DNA from: Actinomycetota bacterium
GTDB lineage: Bacteria; Actinomycetota; Actinomycetes; S36-B12; UBA5976
Assembly: GCA_039800985.1 (NCBI GenBank)
Contig: JBDLPR010000106.1
Location: forward strand, 1-26,739
Direction of reading: 5' to 3'
Length of the DNA stretch: 26,739 bases
Shown: positions 8,439-17,357 of the stretch, in pieces
Layout of the letters: every line of letters starts with the position of its first letter
Numbering within the stretch: position 1 is the first letter of the stretch
Program-made: the position numbers and the translations under genes
The notes under the pieces: generated by a model
What the model was told of the DNA's origin: nothing
Database searches by the model: none
The model's input: only the letters and a program-made list of their open reading frames with translations

Positions 8439-8494
8439 GTTATTTCCTAAGATTCTTAAGTTAGCCCCTTAAGTTTACTTAGGGCCTTATTTAT

Positions 8495-8521
8495 AACCGC
8501 GACTGGCGGTCCACTATTCCC
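8495..8521 (-). promoter_or_regulatory. SigR/SigH-type (thiol-oxidative stress ECF sigma) promoter of trxBA
   Basis: Minus strand reads GGGAAT-AGTGGACCGCCAGTCGCG(18 nt)-GTT, an exact GGAAT-N18-GTT match. trxBA is a known SigR/SigH target in actinobacteria. A second -10-like TAAACT lies at 8477-8472. Confidence 0.88.
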
Positions 8522-8542
8522 TTGAAAACTTTGATGATTTAA

Positions 8543-10159
8543 CTAGCGCTGAATTGTTTTCAGGAAATTGCTCACTTCAACAATCTGCATCTGCTTTGCG
8601 CAGAAGTAATAAACACCAGAAAAAGTTAGTGCCAAAGTGCTTAATTGGATTAATCCACCAAGTGCATTTTCTGGTGTGACAGTTGTGACAAATTGAGTTG
8701 TGATCCAACTCAACCCAAGGGCAATTAACGCAGCCACACTTACTCGAACTAGCAATCTAATTTGAGAAGCAGTATTTAAATTAACTTTTTGTCTAGAAAC
8801 TAAGCGCCAAGTGAAAATCCAAACTGCGATATAGGAAATCGAATATGCCAATGCAAGCGCAGCAACCTTGTTTTCAGTTTCAACTCGAATAAATAAGTAT
8901 GTGCCCAGGGTTAAATGCAATACGTTGAACCCAGCATTAATCAGAAATGGGGTCTTCGTATTTTCCCGAGCGTAGTAACTGCGCAACAAGACATAGAACA
9001 TAGAAAATGCTGGTAGCCCAACTGCAAACATGGATGCAACTTTGCCCACAGCTTGACCCTGAGCACCAGATGACGCCCCGTAGCCATATAAGAACTGTCC
9101 AATTCGGTTTCCAGCCAAATACAACATCACAGCAAGGGGAACAGTTAAAGCAATTACTGAGCGCATTGCATTAGCAAGATCTTGATTAAATTTTTGATCA
9201 GCATGATCGTGGGCATGGGCACTAAGCCTTGGCAGTAACGCAGTAACAATTGAAACGGTAATAATCGAATGCGGCAACATCATCATTAACTGTGCTTTTT
9301 GATATGACGTAAAACCATTAGCAACTAAATTTTCATTAACCGCCAAAACGTTCGCATAAGTCGTTAAGTTTGAAACAATCAAAAATGAAATTTGATTAAC
9401 AATTACAAAACCAATAGTCCAAATAGCAAGATCAGCGATTTTTCCTAAACCGCTACCTCGGAAGTTGAAAGTCGGATTAAATCCGTAACCAGCTTTCTTA
9501 AGAGCCGGTAACAAGATAACAGCCTGCAAAACAACACCTAATGTGGTGCCAAAGCCAAGTAGATAGATTTGCGAAGTCGTAACGGAATCAGTTGTTGGTA
9601 CTTGAGTTGAAATTGATAAAAATGCAATCGCCGTAACAATCACGACGACATTGTTAATAATCGGGGCAAACATTGGCAGGATAAAAATGTCACGCGCATT
9701 AAGAACCTGGCTAGCAATTGTGTAGATGCCATAGAAAAAAACCTGCGGAATAAACCACATAGTAAAAATTGTGGCAACTTTAAAATCTTGGGCTGACCAA
9801 GAATTTGTTGCATAGAGCTTCACCAGCGACCCGGAAAAAATTACACCGAGTGTGACAATCACTAAAAGCACTAGACCAATAAAAGTTAATAGTTGATCAG
9901 TGAAAAGCTGTCCTTGATCTTCGTCATCTTTCATGTGGCGAACTAGTGCAGGAATAAATACTGCATTGATCGCGCCGCCGGCAATCAAAATATAAATAAT
10001 GTTAGGAATACTGTTAGCAACTGAATAAGTGTCAGCAAAGATTGCAGTACCGATTGCTGCAACTAAAGCAATGTCGCGAAAAATACCTGTAATGCGACTG
10101 GTTAAAGTTCCAAGTGCCATCCCTGAGGTTTGGCCAACTGAACTAAATATATTTCGCAC
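8543..10159 (-). CDS. murJ: Lipid II flippase MurJ (MviN)
   Basis: GTLTSRITGIFRD, DTYSVANSIPNIIY, GGAINAVFIP, PQVFFYG, APIINN, MMLPHSIITVSIVTALLPRLS, SYYARENTKTP; many transmembrane segments; no C-terminal pseudokinase extension. Confidence 0.96.
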   Translation of the reverse strand: MRNIFSSVGQTSGMALGTLTSRITGIFRDIALVAAIGTAIFADTYSVANSIPNIIYILIAGGAINAVFIPALVRHMKDDEDQGQLFTDQLLTFIGLVLLVIVTLGVIFSGSLVKLYATNSWSAQDFKVATIFTMWFIPQVFFYGIYTIASQVLNARDIFILPMFAPIINNVVVIVTAIAFLSISTQVPTTDSVTTSQIYLLGFGTTLGVVLQAVILLPALKKAGYGFNPTFNFRGSGLGKIADLAIWTIGFVIVNQISFLIVSNLTTYANVLAVNENLVANGFTSYQKAQLMMMLPHSIITVSIVTALLPRLSAHAHDHADQKFNQDLANAMRSVIALTVPLAVMLYLAGNRIGQFLYGYGASSGAQGQAVGKVASMFAVGLPAFSMFYVLLRSYYARENTKTPFLINAGFNVLHLTLGTYLFIRVETENKVAALALAYSISYIAVWIFTWRLVSRQKVNLNTASQIRLLVRVSVAALIALGLSWITTQFVTTVTPENALGGLIQLSTLALTFSGVYYFCAKQMQIVEVSNFLKTIQR

Positions 10160-10174
10160 TTTTCCAGTTTCTAT

Positions 10175-12088
10175 CTAAATTTTGTTTCCACGAGAACGCT
10201 TTACTATGTTGCTGATCGAAAGTAGTAACAACAATCCAAAAGCAACTAATACCAATGTACGGGCCAGTCCTTGGTATTCCGCAGATGAAATCTGAATCAT
10301 GCGGGTATTTCCAAAAGGCTGACCATTTGGTGCATAAAGAGCTGCGGTTAAATTAAAAATACCCGTTCCAGTTAATTGAATATCCATCGGAACTGTTACA
10401 CGTTTTCCGCTAGGCACTTGAATTACCGGCGACGGGTCACTACTAAAGCGTGAAGTTTGGGGACTAATCAATTGAACTACTACAGAAATATCACGATCTG
10501 AGTTATTAGCCACCGTGATTGGAATCTGAGTAGAACTTCCTGGAATAGTGATATTTCGCGAAGCCTCAATAACGATTTTGTCTTGATATCCAATTAATAG
10601 ATCTTGGTTTGAACTTAAGAACTGGGTTGCCAAATCACCCGTTTGCCAAAGGGAACTAAAACCGCGCAGGCGAGCAAAAGTAAATGAATCCAAGTAGTTC
10701 CCATCAAGAAATACCGAGGCCATCTTTGACGAGCTAGTCGTTATGGAATCTCCAGCTTCAAGGAAATCTAGGTCAAAAGGCTCAACACCAAAGTCATTTA
10801 AATTTTCATAAGTTGTCGCAGGCGGCGTAATTAGAATTTGTGAAAGTAGAGAAGTTGTCAACCAGCTCTTGCCGGTTAAGTCGCTATAAAGATTTCGAAC
10901 TTGATCAGCTGATGGTGACCAATCAAGTGGTGTAAGCAAAACTAAATTCTTGATCTGATCGATTGAAGTCAAAGTTAAATTTGCTAAAACACAATTCCGA
11001 ATTTGAAATTCAACAATTCCATCCGAATTATTTTTAAAGCAATCTAAAACTGATTCATCTTGGGTTAGTGAATTAGTTTCACCAGCTACAACGGTTCCTT
11101 GAACACTGCTGTATTTATCACCTGTAATTGAAGTGTTAGTAATAATGGGCCTAACACCTTGCTCGCCCAGAGTCTTAATTGCATCACGTGAAAATTTTCC
11201 AGCAGGCGGCGCTAGAACAATATTGTTTGTCCCGGCCAAGTTTTGCGTCCTGATTATTAAATTAGTTAAATCGTCATCTCGATTAGAGGCCAACATACGG
11301 CTAACATCTGGTTGACCATAAATGCTTGCAACATACTTTCCAGATATTTCAGAAATCATAGAAGTAAGCGCAGCGGCTTGCTCTTTTAAATCAGAATTTG
11401 AAAGTTCAGCCAGCCATTGATTAATGCTTGGATCGATAACCCAAGTGATGTTCAAATCACGTGCGTTAATAATTAAGTTTGTTAACCTTTCAAGTTCTCT
11501 GGAATCTGAGTTGGTAGTAGCGCCATTAGCTAAGTGATAGTTAAGCGTTGAAAGTTGTACGGCCATCGAAACATTCATCACATTGGTCGGTGGCGCAGTG
11601 AAAAGTGGAATTGCAACTACGTCTGAATCAATTCGACTCTCTGTATAAGCAGTAACTCCAACCCCGTATAGACCATTTGAGAATGAGAGTGCGTCATCGG
11701 CAAAGAAAGTCATTTGCCAATCACTTTTTGAATTTGGCGCAACACGTTTTAACTTGGCTGAAATATTTGTTTGCGTTAAATTTGCTGAATCTCGATTTTC
11801 GAAAAATTTAGCAAGAGCGTACTTACTAACAATTTGGTTTTCAGTTCCCAGGACAATGTTTACATTGCTAAGTGCAGCAGTTCCTTTGTTTTCTACCTGT
11901 CCAGTTAGCCGGATAACATACCTTGAAGTCGACAAATCCTGCGTGACAAAAATATTTGAAATACGAATTTGAGCATCTAGCGTGGCAGCACTGGCTGAAA
12001 CAGGATTTGAAATTGCCGAAAAAATCCAGGCGCCAATTAGAGCAACCAGTAATTTTCTGGAATGCATTAAGCGCTTAGAAATTGCCAC
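10175..12088 (-). CDS. Large exported, membrane-anchored protein of unknown function (DUF6049-like; positional equivalent of mycobacterial Rv3909)
   Basis: N-terminal signal-like segment, C-terminal TM helix plus basic tail, WVIDPS, QIPITVANNSDRDISVVVQL, GQPFG; directly upstream of murJ. Family call rests on motif recall and synteny. Confidence 0.7.
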   Translation of the reverse strand: MAISKRLMHSRKLLVALIGAWIFSAISNPVSASAATLDAQIRISNIFVTQDLSTSRYVIRLTGQVENKGTAALSNVNIVLGTENQIVSKYALAKFFENRDSANLTQTNISAKLKRVAPNSKSDWQMTFFADDALSFSNGLYGVGVTAYTESRIDSDVVAIPLFTAPPTNVMNVSMAVQLSTLNYHLANGATTNSDSRELERLTNLIINARDLNITWVIDPSINQWLAELSNSDLKEQAAALTSMISEISGKYVASIYGQPDVSRMLASNRDDDLTNLIIRTQNLAGTNNIVLAPPAGKFSRDAIKTLGEQGVRPIITNTSITGDKYSSVQGTVVAGETNSLTQDESVLDCFKNNSDGIVEFQIRNCVLANLTLTSIDQIKNLVLLTPLDWSPSADQVRNLYSDLTGKSWLTTSLLSQILITPPATTYENLNDFGVEPFDLDFLEAGDSITTSSSKMASVFLDGNYLDSFTFARLRGFSSLWQTGDLATQFLSSNQDLLIGYQDKIVIEASRNITIPGSSTQIPITVANNSDRDISVVVQLISPQTSRFSSDPSPVIQVPSGKRVTVPMDIQLTGTGIFNLTAALYAPNGQPFGNTRMIQISSAEYQGLARTLVLVAFGLLLLLSISNIVKRSRGNKI

Positions 12089-12139
12089 GAACTCAAGAAT
12101 ACTTGGCTTTCAACTAAAGCAAATAGGCTAATAACCGTA

Positions 12140-13579
12140 ATGTCTGCACAAATGGCCCCATTGAACATCGCAACCAAATTGGTTAACGATGCACTTAGTT
12201 CATTGCCAGATGTGATCGAACTTGGAAATCTATTTGCTGCTGCAGGTTATGACATCGCACTTGTTGGTGGAAGCGTTCGCGATTTAATTTTGCAACGCGA
12301 CTCCGGAGATTTAGATTTCACAACTCCTGCAGTCCCAGAAGAAATAGTGAAAATTACTTCCAAATGGGCAGATCATATTTGGGATCTTGGCATGGAATTT
12401 GGCACAGTCGGTGTGCGAAAAAATAATCAAGTTTTTGAAATTACAACTTATCGTTCTGAAGTTTATGTTTCCGATAGTCGAAAGCCTTCAGTTAAATTTG
12501 GCACCGACATCAAAGAAGATTTGATACGACGCGATTTCACAATCAATGCCATGGCTGTCATGCTGCCAAGTTTGGAATTTATTGATCTGTTTAATGGGGT
12601 TGAAGATTTACTGAAGCGAGTAATTCGCACACCACGTGAAGCTCAGTTTTCATTTTCTGAGGACCCGCTTCGAATGATGCGCGCTGCCAGGTTCGCTAGC
12701 CAACTTGGGTTTATGCCAGTAGCTGATGTGATCATCGCGGCAACTGAAATGCGGGATCGAATTTCAATAGTTTCTGCTGAGCGAGTTCGCGACGAATTCA
12801 CCAAACTAATTATGGGAGCCAACCCGCTTCAAGGCCTAGAAATACTTGAAGGCACGAAACTTTCAGAATTAATAATTCCAGAACTTCCAGCACTGCAATT
12901 AGAAATTGATGAACACCACCGACACAAAGACGTGTACGAACATAGCTTGAAAGTTTTAAGTCAAGCAATTGATTTGGAACAGATGCATGAACCAACTTGT
13001 GAACCCGATTTAGTTTTGCGCCTTGCTGCACTCTTACATGACATTGGCAAACCAAAGACGAGAAAATTTGAAAGTGGCGGTGGCGTAAGTTTTCACCATC
13101 ACGAAGTTGTTGGCGCAAAAATTGCAAAGAAACGTTTGGCTGCCTTGCGATATTCAAATGAAATTATCGATAGCGTCACAAAATTAATTGAACTGCATTT
13201 GCGCTTCCATGGTTATGCAGATGGCCAATGGACCGATTCGGCTGTGCGCAGGTATGTACGCGATGCAGGTGATCAGTTAGTTCGATTACACAAATTGACT
13301 AGAGCTGATTGCACTACACGTAATCAACGTCGAGCGATGATGCTGGCAGCTACTTATGACGATCTAGAAGATCGGATTGCCAAATTATTAGAACAAGAAG
13401 AATTAAGTGCGATTCGCCCTGATCTTGATGGTCAAGAAATTATGGCTGAGCTGGGATTAAAACCTGGTCCACAAGTTGGTGCGGCTTATGACCACATGCT
13501 TAATGTGCGATTGGATAAAGGTCCGCTAACTAAAGATGAAGCGCTAGCCGAACTAAGAATTTGGTGGAAGTCTCAGTAA
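12140..13579 (+). CDS. cca: CCA-adding tRNA nucleotidyltransferase with HD domain
   Basis: LVGGSVRD, DLDF, EDLIRRDFTINAM, EDPLRMMRAARF, ERVRDE, HHRHKDVYEH, LLHDIGKP. Confidence 0.95.
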   Translation: MSAQMAPLNIATKLVNDALSSLPDVIELGNLFAAAGYDIALVGGSVRDLILQRDSGDLDFTTPAVPEEIVKITSKWADHIWDLGMEFGTVGVRKNNQVFEITTYRSEVYVSDSRKPSVKFGTDIKEDLIRRDFTINAMAVMLPSLEFIDLFNGVEDLLKRVIRTPREAQFSFSEDPLRMMRAARFASQLGFMPVADVIIAATEMRDRISIVSAERVRDEFTKLIMGANPLQGLEILEGTKLSELIIPELPALQLEIDEHHRHKDVYEHSLKVLSQAIDLEQMHEPTCEPDLVLRLAALLHDIGKPKTRKFESGGGVSFHHHEVVGAKIAKKRLAALRYSNEIIDSVTKLIELHLRFHGYADGQWTDSAVRRYVRDAGDQLVRLHKLTRADCTTRNQRRAMMLAATYDDLEDRIAKLLEQEELSAIRPDLDGQEIMAELGLKPGPQVGAAYDHMLNVRLDKGPLTKDEALAELRIWWKSQ

Positions 13580-14905
13580 GTTTCGCGATTTGTAATAGTG
13601 CTGCCCAGTAAGCATCAAGACAACCAATAACACCGTTGAGGCAATCGAGACTCGAACAACTATGTCTGTTCTAACTGCTTCGATCAAGGTAAAAGCACAA
13701 ATACCAGCAACGATTGAAACGTTAATTAACATGTCAAAAATTGAAAAGACTCGGCCACGATGTGCATCATCAATATCGCGTTGAATTGTTGTGTCTGAAT
13801 TAATTTTCAAAAACTGCCCAGCACAGCCCAGTAAAAATGCTGCAATTAAAATTCCACGCATTGTTTGGCTTAAGAAACCGCTTACGGTTGAAACTAAAGC
13901 AGCCGCAGTGACAAATGTTGCAATCAGAATAATTGTTGATTGCCGTTCATCCATACTTTTTGTGACTCGTTCAATGCGACCATTCATAAGAGATGCCGAA
14001 ATAATTGCCGCTACAAATGCCCCGCTACCTGCAGCAATAGCGCCGTAACCAAAATCAGTTACTGCATCTTCGGGGTTGCTTGAACTATTCCATACAGTTC
14101 TAGCCAGTAAGAGTGCCGTGACTGTTAATGTGCCAAAGGCTGCTCTCTGTAATGCAACAGCAGTCATGCTTCGAAGTGCATCAGGTGCGCCAATCAAGCG
14201 ATTAACACCAGCACTTAATCCGGTGATTGCATTTCGAAATTCTTTCTTAATTTCATTTGTCACACCGTGTGGTCCAAGCACATCATTAGGTGCAAACGTT
14301 GTTGCAAAATATGCAGCAATTCCCGCAAAGACAGCGCCAATTACGATTAGTCCCGCATTTAAGTTGTCGGTGTTCCCCATGAGTTTTTGCATCCAAAGCC
14401 CAAAACCAACGGAAATTGAAGCGGCAACTGTGCCAAGTGTTGGGAAAAGCGCATTAGCGCCAACCAAATTTGATTCATCAACAACGTGTGGAACCGAAGC
14501 GGCTAATGCAGCTTGAATAAATCGATTAATACCAAGGCTGATTAAAACCAAAACTGCCAAAGTTTTGTTTGCATCATGTCCAGTGAAGACAACTGCAATA
14601 GCCAGCATTGTTATGACGCGCAAGATGTTTGCGCGATAAAGAATCGATCTACGTGACCAACTGTCGATAAACAAACCAACAAATGGTCCAATGATCGAAT
14701 AGGGAATTAGCAAGATGGCAAATGAAAGTGCGATGCGCTCTGGGTTTGCCGCACGTTCTGGTGAAAATAAAACGAAAGTGGCTAAAGCTGTTTGAAGTAT
14801 TCCATCGCCAGCTTGACCAAATAAACGAACGTAAAGTAATCGACGGGCATTTGGCCCTTTGAAAATTGAAAGCGAACTAACGCGCTTTTGCCGAACTACT
14901 TTCAC
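13553..14905 (-). CDS. MFS transporter (conserved actinobacterial neighbour of cca)
   Basis: About 12 hydrophobic segments; GPFVGLFIDSWSRR (MFS motif A-like); IQRDIDDAHRGRVFS. Overlaps the cca 3' end by 27 bp. Confidence 0.85.
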   Translation of the reverse strand: MKVVRQKRVSSLSIFKGPNARRLLYVRLFGQAGDGILQTALATFVLFSPERAANPERIALSFAILLIPYSIIGPFVGLFIDSWSRRSILYRANILRVITMLAIAVVFTGHDANKTLAVLVLISLGINRFIQAALAASVPHVVDESNLVGANALFPTLGTVAASISVGFGLWMQKLMGNTDNLNAGLIVIGAVFAGIAAYFATTFAPNDVLGPHGVTNEIKKEFRNAITGLSAGVNRLIGAPDALRSMTAVALQRAAFGTLTVTALLLARTVWNSSSNPEDAVTDFGYGAIAAGSGAFVAAIISASLMNGRIERVTKSMDERQSTIILIATFVTAAALVSTVSGFLSQTMRGILIAAFLLGCAGQFLKINSDTTIQRDIDDAHRGRVFSIFDMLINVSIVAGICAFTLIEAVRTDIVVRVSIASTVLLVVLMLTGQHYYKSRNLLRLPPNS

Positions 14906-14957
14906 AGTGAAAACGTTACCCGCTTCTTTTATTAACCAATGCAGCGCCGCAAGTTAA

Positions 14958-14984
14958 GTGGGACCCACAAAATGTGGGTCCCAC
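14958..14984 (-). terminator. Hairpin downstream of ino1, probable terminator
   Basis: GTGGGACCCACA-AAA-TGTGGGTCCCAC, perfect 12-bp stem. Confidence 0.8.
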
Positions 14985-15029
14985 CAGGAGGCTATTTATA
15001 TTTAGTTTTCTTTTTGATTGTTGAATTAA

Positions 15030-16106
15030 TTACTGAGCTTTGCCAGCAATGAAATCTTCAACAAGGTTCTTACAAGTTGTGTCGTCATATTGAACCGGTG
15101 GGCTCTTCATGAAGTAACTTGAAGCCGAAAGAATTGGGCCACCAACACCACGATCTTTTGCAATCTTGCATGCGCGGATCGCGTCAATAATTACGCCAGC
15201 TGAGTTTGGTGAATCCCAAACTTCAAGCTTGTATTCAAGGTTTAGCGGAACGTCACCAAATGCACGACCTTCAAGACGAACGAATGCCCACTTGCGGTCA
15301 TCTAGCCATGCAACATAGTCAGATGGACCAATGTGAACGTTCTTGGCACCAAGGTCATGTTTTAGGTTTGAAGTAACAGCTTGAGTTTTTGAGATCTTCT
15401 TTGACTCAAGGCGATCGCGTTCAAGCATGTTCTTGAAGTCCATGTTTCCACCAACATTTAATTGGTAAGTACGATCTACGATCACACCGCGGTCTTCGAA
15501 TAGTTTTGCAAGTACGCGGTGGGTGATTGTCGCGCCAACTTGGCTTTTAATGTCATCACCAACAATAGGTACACCAGCTTTAGTGAACTTGTCTGCCCAT
15601 TCTTTTGTGCCAGCGATGAATACTGGAAGAGCGTTAACAAAGCCAACGCCAGCATCAATTGCACACTGTGCGTAGAACTTTGCTGCTTCTTCAGAGCCAA
15701 CTGGTAAGTAACAAACAAGAACGTCTACTTTTGCGTCCTTAAGTGCTTTGACCACATCAACTGGCTTATCGTCAGATTCGACAACCATTTCTTTGTAGTA
15801 CTTGCCAAGTCCATCAAGAGTGTGACCGCGTTGAACTGTCACACCTGTTGGTGGAACTTCTGAGAATTTAATTGTGTTGTTTTCGCTAGCAAAGATCGCA
15901 TGTGCTAGATCTTGGCCAACTTTCTTCCCGTCAACATCGAACGCGGCAACGAACTCAACGTCGCGCACGTGATATGGACCGAACTGTACGTGCATTAGGC
16001 CTGGTACTTGTGCATTTGGATCTGCATCTTTGTAGTACTCAACACCTTGTACAAGTGATGAAGCGCAGTTACCTACGCCAACTATTGCTACTCTTACTGA
16101 ACCCAC
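15030..16106 (-). CDS. ino1: myo-inositol-1-phosphate synthase
   Basis: [72 protein letters not shown]. Confidence 0.98.
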   Translation of the reverse strand: MGSVRVAIVGVGNCASSLVQGVEYYKDADPNAQVPGLMHVQFGPYHVRDVEFVAAFDVDGKKVGQDLAHAIFASENNTIKFSEVPPTGVTVQRGHTLDGLGKYYKEMVVESDDKPVDVVKALKDAKVDVLVCYLPVGSEEAAKFYAQCAIDAGVGFVNALPVFIAGTKEWADKFTKAGVPIVGDDIKSQVGATITHRVLAKLFEDRGVIVDRTYQLNVGGNMDFKNMLERDRLESKKISKTQAVTSNLKHDLGAKNVHIGPSDYVAWLDDRKWAFVRLEGRAFGDVPLNLEYKLEVWDSPNSAGVIIDAIRACKIAKDRGVGGPILSASSYFMKSPPVQYDDTTCKNLVEDFIAGKAQ

Positions 16107-16134
16107 TTTTTAGCCTCCTTATTGCTTTAGTGAA

Positions 16135-16716
16135 TTACTTGCTTTTTGCAGAAGCTCCAGGTGACTTAGTTAAGCCACCAGATTCTTCATGCGAAATCAA
16201 TTCGTTTAACCAGCGCACTTCTCGTTCAAGTGCATCTAGTCCGTGCTTTTGTAGTTCCAATGTGTATGCATCAAGACGTTCACGTCCTTTTGCAACATTG
16301 GTGCGCATCTCAGCTAGCCGAGTTTCTAATCTGACTCTGCGACCTTGAAGAATGTGAATTCTGGTGTCAGCAGAAGTTTGCGCAAACAATGACATGCGAA
16401 CAGCGAAAGTATCGTCATCCCAAGCATCCGGACCACTATTTGTTAGTAGTGAAGATAAGTGGGCCTTGCCCGCATCGGTTAATACATAAACAATGCGATT
16501 GCGCTTTGGATATTTGTTGGTTGGATTTGAATCTTGTTCAGCCAAGAATCCACGTTCAACTAATGATCTAAGCGTTGGATAAAGCGCGCCGTATGAAATT
16601 GTCTTGAATAACCCAGTTACTGAAATAAGCCGCTTACGCAGTTCATAACCGTGCTGAGGGTTTTGCGAAAGAATGCCTAAGACTGAAAGCTCTAAAGCTT
16701 CAGAACGTTTAGCCAC
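16135..16716 (-). CDS. PadR-family transcriptional regulator, co-transcribed with ino1
   Basis: LELSVLGIL...HGYELRKRL...ISYGALYPTL...VYVLTDAG, F.VRMSLF. Start set at GTG 16716 (VAKRS); the track extends to 16743. Confidence 0.93.
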   Translation of the reverse strand: MAKRSEALELSVLGILSQNPQHGYELRKRLISVTGLFKTISYGALYPTLRSLVERGFLAEQDSNPTNKYPKRNRIVYVLTDAGKAHLSSLLTNSGPDAWDDDTFAVRMSLFAQTSADTRIHILQGRRVRLETRLAEMRTNVAKGRERLDAYTLELQKHGLDALEREVRWLNELISHEESGGLTKSPGASAKSK

Positions 16717-16733
16717 AGTTACTCTTTCATTTA

Positions 16734-16754
16734 GATGTATCAAAAAGATACATC
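16734..16754. promoter_or_regulatory. Candidate PadR operator
   Basis: Perfect inverted repeat GATGTATC-AAAAA-GATACATC overlapping a minus-strand -10-like TATCTT (16750-16745). Confidence 0.65.
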
Positions 16755-16843
16755 AAGACAATACATTAGGCATCTCCGGAAGTCATATTTGCCCAAAAAT
16801 AAGGCAATACCTGGGCCTTATTTATAGACATAGGCTTAATCCC

Positions 16844-17353
16844 ATGGCCACAGGAAACCAAGGGATCAAGGGATATCGCCTTGGTTTGGGTGGCATGGCC
16901 CAAGAACCACCAAGGCCAATCCCGCACCCATATGAAGATGTGGCCGATCCAACAAGGCCAAGACATGTCTTGGATTACGTTCTAGCTAGGCGGGCAACCT
17001 TAGAAACAATCAAAAATGATGCTCTAGCTAGGGAACAAGTTTGCGACGCCGATCCATATTTATTAAGAGCAGCCAAGCATCATGGTGAACAAACTGAACG
17101 AAAATGCCCGATTTGTGCCAAATCAGATTTACGGCATGTCACATATGTATATGGTGATGACCTTGGATATTTAGCAGGCCGAGTAAAAATGTCTGCTGAA
17201 TTACCGCAAATGGCCAGAGAGTATGGCCATTTTAGGGTTTATGTTGTTGAAGTCTGTGTTTTGTGTGGATGGAATCACCTTCAACTTTCTTATGTTTTAG
17301 GCGATGGCACACCACGCCGACCACCAAGTAAGCCAAGAGATGTGTTGGAATAG
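16844..17353 (+). CDS. DUF5318-like conserved actinobacterial protein (probable zinc binding)
   Basis: DYVLARRATL, VCDADPYLLRAAKHHG, CPIC, VTYVYGD, YVVEVCVLCGWNHL. Start set at ATG 16844 (TAGGCT -10 lies 7 nt upstream); ATG 16895 is the alternative. Confidence 0.8.
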   Translation: MATGNQGIKGYRLGLGGMAQEPPRPIPHPYEDVADPTRPRHVLDYVLARRATLETIKNDALAREQVCDADPYLLRAAKHHGEQTERKCPICAKSDLRHVTYVYGDDLGYLAGRVKMSAELPQMAREYGHFRVYVVEVCVLCGWNHLQLSYVLGDGTPRRPPSKPRDVLE

Positions 17354-17357
17354 ATAG

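Noticed and set aside
11181-11194. parS-like GCATCACGTGAAAA inside the DUF6049-like gene
   Set aside because: Three mismatches to the 14-bp consensus; expected by chance.
8543-12088. AT-rich murJ/DUF6049 stretch as a horizontally acquired island
   Set aside because: The genes occupy their usual actinobacterial position, with no integrase, tRNA or flanking repeats; hydrophobic and Asn/Ile/Ser-rich composition can explain the low GC.
15902-16571. Plus-strand ORFs of 148 aa and 60 aa
   Set aside because: Antisense to ino1 and padR; no homology cues.
16673-16843. N-terminal extension of the DUF5318-like ORF in the track
   Set aside because: Overlaps the padR start and operator on the opposite strand; a -10 box at 16831-16836 points to ATG 16844.
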